Positions 50,852-56,288 of a DNA stretch of 56,288 bases are shown one piece after another. The stretch spans positions 1 through 56,288 of the forward strand of contig JANRLP010000007.1 of NCBI GenBank assembly GCA_033762425.1, in the 5' to 3' direction. Positions within the stretch are counted from its first letter, which is position 1; each line of letters opens with the position of its first letter. The DNA is from Leptospiraceae bacterium (GTDB lineage Bacteria; Spirochaetota; Leptospiria; Leptospirales; Leptospiraceae). The position numbers and the translations under genes are program-made. The notes beneath the pieces are model-generated. The model made no database searches, was not told the DNA's origin, and saw only the letters and a program-made list of their open reading frames with translations.

Positions 50852-51712
50852 ATGAATCAAAAACTGATTATACTTTTATTACTCACAAGCTTTTCTATTT
50901 TCTCATTGCCAACCACTAGACCCTTGGCTGAAAAAGAATACTATCAATATGTTCAATCTGTTAGAGCTAAGAACTTTGCTGATAAAGAATTAGATAGATT
51001 GCACCAATCGATTTCTAATTCACTAGCTAGAATGGTAGAAACTACTTCTAGTGGAAAAGCAAAGAACGCTGCTAGATATAATGATGTTACTCCAACTGTA
51101 GAGCCAGTATATTTACAGAAAGATAAAGACGGAAAGGATTATTATACTATTGAACTTTCCCAAGGTGTAACTGGTGAAGATTACCCAATCTATAGAATTT
51201 GGGATACTAGAGTATATATTTATCCTGGTTCAGACAAGAAATCCTTGGATAAAGTTATGATCCAAATGAATACTGTGAACACAACAATTCCTAATGATAA
51301 TGAACCACTTTATACTAAAGAGATGAGAAAGATAATTAACCCTACTCCAAAATTTGCTGGTCCTCCAAAGGCTGAAGAGTTATACAAGAATGGAGTTCCA
51401 CTTTGGCAACAAGAGAATGTAACTGATCCAAACATCCCTGCAGAAGATAACAGTGATATCTTTGTTGAATTTTATTCAGACCAAGATACCAAACTAAAAT
51501 GGGTTGATATACTGCCAATAGCAGATTATAAGCCAGGACTCACTGTAAAACTATTAGACCAAGCGGATATGATGCCTTTTGATATTCAAAAGAAAATTTA
51601 TCTTACTTATCGTGACACACTAAGAGAAGTAGATAGCAAAATCAAAAAGAAAGTAAGGATGATTGAGCTAAACGAAAGAAGAACTCTACAGAAGATGACT
51701 GAATTTAACTAA
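50852..51712 (+). CDS. Secreted hypothetical protein (286 aa)
   Basis: N-terminal signal peptide (LLLTSFSIFSLPTT). No recognisable motif. Confidence 0.45.
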   Translation: MNQKLIILLLLTSFSIFSLPTTRPLAEKEYYQYVQSVRAKNFADKELDRLHQSISNSLARMVETTSSGKAKNAARYNDVTPTVEPVYLQKDKDGKDYYTIELSQGVTGEDYPIYRIWDTRVYIYPGSDKKSLDKVMIQMNTVNTTIPNDNEPLYTKEMRKIINPTPKFAGPPKAEELYKNGVPLWQQENVTDPNIPAEDNSDIFVEFYSDQDTKLKWVDILPIADYKPGLTVKLLDQADMMPFDIQKKIYLTYRDTLREVDSKIKKKVRMIELNERRTLQKMTEFN

Positions 51713-51731
51713 AGAAACCTCCATTGAATAT

Positions 51732-51746
51732 TACCTAGATTTCTAA
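51732..51746 (+). repeat. Exact 15-mer TACCTAGATTTCTAA, copy 1 (upstream of tRNA cluster)
   Basis: Identical 15-mer recurs at 52707-52721, and both copies are followed by GTAAT-containing AT-rich sequence. Confidence 0.5.
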
Positions 51747-51799
51747 CGTAATTAATAATGAAGTAATTATTCATTGGTTTATATCATTTTTGATAATAA

Positions 51800-51855
51800 C
51801 TGCCTGTGACTTTTGCGTAAGCAAAAAAGACGCCGGCAGGCTTATCTTTATTGAT
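51800..51855 (+). terminator. GC-rich nested stem-loop with GNRA tetraloop followed by T-rich tract (terminator-like structured element)
   Basis: CTGCC...TTTTGC-GTAA-GCAAAA...GGCAG then CTTATCTTTATT; conspicuously GC-rich within an AT-rich spacer. Confidence 0.35.
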
Positions 51856-52007
51856 TAGATTTGTTATCTAGCTTTAGCTACGCTTCGCCGCTGCGCTATT
51901 AGAAATCTGAGTTAATCTATTGAATGAACTGAACTTATCTATACCAATCCTTTGAAAATTTCCTTTAAACTTGACGTGAGAGCTAATAAAAAAAAACTAG
52001 TGAAACG

Positions 52008-52091
<84 letters not shown>

Positions 52092-52099
52092 GAATAAAT

Positions 52100-52189
<90 letters not shown>

Positions 52190-52190
52190 A

Positions 52191-52583
52191 ATGAATTACA
52201 TGAAAGAACTTTTACTTAAAAAATATAATGAAGCCAAAACATTTTTAATGACTGATATAGGTAAAAGTTTCATTGCACTTTTACCTTTATTTTTCACTTG
52301 GCAACCAGTCCTAATTTATAATTTAGATAATGAATTAGTGAAAAAGAATTCAATAAGAGGATTTTTGTTTACTTTATACTTTTTCTGTTCCCTTGTAATT
52401 TCATTTATAGTTTCTTATCTTCCTCTAATAGGACAAATACTTGCAGGAATTATACATATTCTTGGAGTAGGAATTTATCTTGCTCTCTCAGGTTTTTTTA
52501 TTTACTGCCTACTCAAGAATAAAAACATGGAACTCGAAATGATAGCAAAGCATGAGCAAAAACTCAATTCTTTGTTATTCTAA
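52191..52583 (+). CDS. Small membrane protein, hypothetical (130 aa), between tRNA genes
   Basis: Two strongly hydrophobic helices. The ORF fills the tRNA-Ser to tRNA-Arg gap exactly, and the true start is probably internal (MKELLL). Could be non-coding. Confidence 0.3.
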   Translation: MNYMKELLLKKYNEAKTFLMTDIGKSFIALLPLFFTWQPVLIYNLDNELVKKNSIRGFLFTLYFFCSLVISFIVSYLPLIGQILAGIIHILGVGIYLALSGFFIYCLLKNKNMELEMIAKHEQKLNSLLF

Positions 52584-52591
52584 TTTTCGCT

Positions 52592-52665
52592 GCGCCCATA
52601 GCTCAACTGGATAGAGTATTTGACTACGGATCAAAAGGTTGGAGGTTCAACTCCTTCTGGGCGCG
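52592..52665 (+). tRNA. tRNA-Arg (anticodon ACG)
   Basis: Acceptor GCGCCCA/TGGGCGC, anticodon stem TTTGA/TCAAA with loop CTACGGA, T-loop GGTTCAACTCC. Confidence 0.85.
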
Positions 52666-52706
52666 ATTTGAAAATTCATAATCAAACTTTTCTTTTCAAT
52701 ATGTAA

Positions 52707-52721
52707 TACCTAGATTTCTAA
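52707..52721 (+). repeat. Exact 15-mer TACCTAGATTTCTAA, copy 2 (downstream of tRNA-Arg)
   Basis: See copy 1. Direct orientation, about 975 bp apart. Confidence 0.5.
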
Positions 52722-52795
52722 TGCTGAGTAATATTTAAAATTAATCTAGTTGCAAATTCGCTATTAATTTTTTCCCTGTAGGAAAAGGAGAAATT

Positions 52796-53446
52796 ATGAA
52801 GAACATTTTTTTCATTTTATCATTATTAATTGCATTTAGCAATTGCGAAAAAGCACCAGAGGCACCTAAGGCTGAGGTCAAAGAAGAAGTTAAACAAGTA
52901 GAGGCTCCAAAAGTTACAGGGACTCCAGTTACTTTAGATCTAAAAAAATCATTAATCAAATGGATTGGAACAAAGGTAACAGGAAAACATACAGGAACGA
53001 TTGGATTATCTTCTGGTGAGATTCTAGTGAACAATGATAAAGTAGTTGGTGGAAATTTTACTCTAGATATGAAAACAATTGAAGTGACAGATTTGAAAGG
53101 TAAAGATAAGAAAAAATTAGAAGGTCATTTAATGACTACTGATTTTTTTGAAGTAGAAAAATTCCCTACAGGTACTTTTACTATTAGTAAAGTAGAAGAA
53201 GTTAAAGATGGTGAGGCGACAATTACTGGTGAGTTGGTTTTAAAAGAAATCAAAAAGACAATCAGCTTCCCAGCAAAGATCACCTACAACGCTGAAAAAA
53301 AACCAGTAGCAGCAGCAGCAAACTTTAACATCAATCGTAAGCTATGGAATATCAACTATGAAGGTCAAGCAGACAATCTAATTTCTAATGATGTCAACCT
53401 AGACCTAAACCTTGCAATTGCTTCTGAGGTTGCCCCTAAAAAATAA
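52796..53446 (+). CDS. YceI-family (polyisoprenoid-binding) lipoprotein
   Basis: Lipobox AFSNC. YceI pattern LIKWIGTKVTGKHTGTIG...GGNFTLDMKTIEVTD...LEGHLMTTDFFEVEKFPTGTF. SD GGAGAAATT before ATG. Confidence 0.75.
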   Translation: MKNIFFILSLLIAFSNCEKAPEAPKAEVKEEVKQVEAPKVTGTPVTLDLKKSLIKWIGTKVTGKHTGTIGLSSGEILVNNDKVVGGNFTLDMKTIEVTDLKGKDKKKLEGHLMTTDFFEVEKFPTGTFTISKVEEVKDGEATITGELVLKEIKKTISFPAKITYNAEKKPVAAAANFNINRKLWNINYEGQADNLISNDVNLDLNLAIASEVAPKK

Positions 53447-53827
53447 ATTATTCCTAACTGGTTTAGTATAAAATTTACTTCCTAAGTTCACCTATCATTT
53501 TTTTAGTAAACAAAAGATACGGTGGGCTTGGGTTATAAAAAAAAATTGTCCCAATCGAGTCACAGGGACAATCTCGTAATTTGTTTGCTGCACAAACCTA
53601 GTTCATCACGCCTCCGACTAATAATGACTATTACTAAGGTTTACGTAACAGATGTTCGATTAGCGGATAGTTCCTTTTTTGCTCTCCAACCAGCTGTCAT
53701 GGGACATCCAAAGAAAGAGAATTATATGTAGATAAACAAACAGGTAATTTTCATATCGGCTTTGCTGTAATAATTAAGAAGGATTAGCGGAAAGGGAGAA
53801 TCATAATTCTATTCACATGTCGTTCAG

Positions 53828-54400
53828 TTAGTTGAGCGAGCTGTTACGGTAGTACTTCGAGCCCTTGACTACAAGCTCGAGTGATAGGCCGTTGTTTGTG
53901 ATTTGGTAAAGCCACACTCCAGGCTTTACAGAGATTGCTCCCTCTAATGCAAGTCCAGTTTTTGAGACCTTTGCTAATGCGGAATACTGCCCGACTAGTT
54001 CCCAGCCTGAGTTCACGAAGGTGTTAAAATTTGCTTTATCATCGAAGACCCAAACAAGACGAAACTTTTTGATGCCCATGCCCATGCCTGCTTGCAGTTC
54101 GACCATCTTCATCGGGATGCTCTTTCCACTGATGACTTCAAATGCTAGTCCCTCTCCACTACCTCCTCCTGCAATAAAGAAACGCATTCCAAAGTTACTA
54201 AATACTGCGTAACCTGCGGATCGTTCAATTCGTATGCGTGCATTAGGTTGAAGCTGATAGAGTTCATCTAATGTTTCCTTCGACATTTGTTCTAATTCAA
54301 GTCTTGCTTCAGATTTATGATTATGAGAGCAAGCACTAGAGATGGAAAACAAAGTTACAAGATATAAACGTAATAAACGATTAATATTAATTAGTGACAC
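53828..54400 (-). CDS. SYLF (Ysc84-like) domain lipoprotein, putative
   Basis: Signal peptide/lipobox (SISSAC) and a Gly-rich core SAGYAVFSNFGMRFFIAGGGSGEGLAF reminiscent of bacterial SYLF proteins. Noticeably higher G+C than neighbouring genes. Confidence 0.5.
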   Translation of the reverse strand: MSLININRLLRLYLVTLFSISSACSHNHKSEARLELEQMSKETLDELYQLQPNARIRIERSAGYAVFSNFGMRFFIAGGGSGEGLAFEVISGKSIPMKMVELQAGMGMGIKKFRLVWVFDDKANFNTFVNSGWELVGQYSALAKVSKTGLALEGAISVKPGVWLYQITNNGLSLELVVKGSKYYRNSSLN

Positions 54401-54837
54401 GATAAATACAACATCAAGAAAGCTAGCTTAAGTGCTACTCAATAATTTTTAAAAATTTTTCTTAATCGAAAGTTTTTTTAGGATATTTTTTTAGATTGAA
54501 CCTACCTTTAAATTAGTAAAGGTTATTAGTTATTTTCATTAAAAATTGAACTTTACTAATCTTGTAGATTTCAAGAATGTTTTATTAAAAACAGTTTAAA
54601 ACATGTCCGTCTTTTAATGGAGTAGTTCATACATTGATGTAGAAGGTTAAATAGATGCCGAAGACCAAGCCTGGCTTAAATCTTTACGAATTTCCATGTC
54701 AAAAGAAGGAGGGGTGCATTATCAAATTATCCAAAAGGGTAGATCTGTATATTTCCCGAGAGTCCGTCGTTTCGATACGAACGAGGAAATAGACAAATAG
54801 TCTGGTTGAAAGAGTTCGTTTCGATTCAGCCCTTTAT

Positions 54838-55755
54838 GTGCCGATCAAAATTAAGAGTCAAGCCATAGGTGTAATGGATTTCACCTGCAGGAAATCCAGT
54901 CTGCGTTTAAACAAAACAGAAATAGCCGAATTGGAAAGTCTAGTTACGCAAGTAGCAGGGGCAGTGCATAGCTCGCGGTTATTAAGCCAGGTAAAAGACG
55001 AAAAAACTGCCGCAGAAAAAGCCCGATCTGAATCAGATCGTCTGCTAGAAACTGTTCTTCCCAAAAAGACTGCAGCTGAGCTAAAGCATAATGGTTTCGT
55101 TATTCCTCGATTTTATGAAAGTGTTTCCGTCTTGTTTACAGACTTTGTTGGTTATACTGAATCTTCAGCACTTATGAAACCTGAAAAACTTGTAAAGGAA
55201 TTGGATGGTTGTTTCACACAATTTGACGAGATTGTTATTCGCCATGGACTGGAAAAATTGAAAACAATCGGTGACTCTTATATGTGTGCTGGTGGTTTGC
55301 CAAAACAAAACGAATCCCATGCTATTGATGCTTGTCTTGCTGCAATCACAATTCGCTCATTTATCCAACAACTGAGATCTCTTAGGTATGAGCAAAATGA
55401 AGATTTTTGGTCTATTCGCATTGGTATTCATTCAGGACCTGTCACTGCTGGGGTTATAGGCACACATAAATTTTCCTATGATATCTGGGGTGATACGGTG
55501 AACACTGCTTCGCGTATGGAATCTCACTCTCAACCTGATCAGATTAACGTTTCGTACTCGACTTATTCACTAACCCAAGATTTGTTCGAATTTGAAAACA
55601 GAGGTCAAATTTTTGTCAAAAGCAAGGGTCCAATGCAAATGAATTATCTCAAGCGGATTAAATCAAAATATTCAGTTGATGAGAATGGATTTATTCCTAA
55701 TGGAAAATTTGAAGCATTACGTGCTGGCCTATCCATGACTGAAACAAAATCCTAG
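54838..55755 (+). CDS. Class III adenylate/guanylate cyclase catalytic domain preceded by the tail of a GAF domain (likely N-terminally truncated gene or remnant)
   Basis: GTG start immediately after an in-frame stop at 54790-54792. First 50 aa look like the end of a GAF domain (AIGVMDFTCRKSS...). Cyclase core VLFTDFVGYTE...IGDSYMCAGGLP...GDTVNTASRME. Elevated G+C. Confidence 0.65.
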   Translation: MPIKIKSQAIGVMDFTCRKSSLRLNKTEIAELESLVTQVAGAVHSSRLLSQVKDEKTAAEKARSESDRLLETVLPKKTAAELKHNGFVIPRFYESVSVLFTDFVGYTESSALMKPEKLVKELDGCFTQFDEIVIRHGLEKLKTIGDSYMCAGGLPKQNESHAIDACLAAITIRSFIQQLRSLRYEQNEDFWSIRIGIHSGPVTAGVIGTHKFSYDIWGDTVNTASRMESHSQPDQINVSYSTYSLTQDLFEFENRGQIFVKSKGPMQMNYLKRIKSKYSVDENGFIPNGKFEALRAGLSMTETKS

Positions 55756-56185
55756 TATCAGTTAGTTAAACATTGTTCTTCATAAAAAAATTTATTGAAT
55801 TTCTCGTTGAGGGTTATGCTGAAAAACTGCATTCGATTTGTATGAACTCATACTAGAGATTACCAAGACTAAACAATTTATTCTTTCAAAGTTAATTCGT
55901 AAATTACTTCTTGAGTTAGTTCAATGAAGAGACAGTTGCTACGAATGTATCAATGCACAACAAAAAACTAAGATTTTTGATTTTTAAAAAGCAAAGCGGT
56001 AATTCCTAACCTAACATGGAAGAAATCTTAACTATATTTGCTATGGGAAAAGAATTACGAGAGTAATCAATAACCAAGAAAGAGTAATGCGACCAGAGAA
56101 AAGGTGTAGGTATCAACCATCAGTTGAAAGGGTTAAAGTAAAGAGCGAACTCTAAACTACCCAAGCTCTGATTTATTTTCCTTTA

Positions 56186-56288
<103 letters not shown>

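Noticed and set aside
53522-53731. 69-aa ORF in the yceI-SYLF spacer
   Set aside because: No SD, odd composition, and it overlaps hairpin-rich non-coding sequence; treated as non-coding.

Overview
AT-rich bacterial chromosomal segment, about 30-35% G+C by eye. I read it as Leptospira-like (Leptospiraceae) from three things: a 16S rRNA 3' end with no linked tRNA or 23S gene, frequent TTG/GTG start codons, and a gene set heavy in sensory proteins (class III adenylate cyclases, 7TMR-DISM histidine kinases, a giant Ser/Thr kinase-GAF-PP2C protein) together with lpxI-lpxB and a cobCST trio. Coding density is high and most genes are conserved housekeeping, signalling or envelope functions.

Recognisable content, in order:
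- class III adenylate cyclase, transcribed divergently from a full-length major vault protein (MVP) homologue
- SGNH-like plus MBOAT pair
- 7TMR-DISM hybrid histidine kinase with two kinase cores, plus a LuxR response regulator
- UvrD/PcrA helicase and a large TM-anchored protein
- lpxB-lpxI-fmdB
- cobC/cobS/cobT, a TrmH methyltransferase and a glycosyltransferase-like gene
- secreted Lys/Ala-rich protein, an MCP, and an AlgJ-like protein
- 1724-aa STK-ATPase-TPR-GAF-PP2C protein
- fatty-acid desaturase
- a tight minus-strand chain hslV-hslU-cheD-cheB-hyp-lipoprotein-sbcD-sbcC
- tRNA-Ser(GGA)
- HpcH/CitE-like lyase
- a second 7TMR-DISM hybrid kinase, DUF2797-like protein, NamZ-like and MBOAT cluster
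- tRNA-Ser(TGA), tRNA-Ser(GCT) and tRNA-Arg(ACG)
- YceI lipoprotein, a SYLF-like lipoprotein and an N-terminally truncated GAF-cyclase (these last two have visibly higher G+C)
- 16S rRNA 3' end at the window edge

No CRISPR array, transposase, integrase or recognisable defence system was seen. The most unusual item is the bacterial MVP (vault shell protein) homologue. Secondary points of interest are the MBOAT-NamZ linkage, the kinase+phosphatase giant, an exact 15-mer that recurs on both sides of the tRNA cluster, and a compositionally atypical two-gene patch next to the rRNA/tRNA genes.

All domain calls come from motif recognition by eye. No database searches or computations were run.
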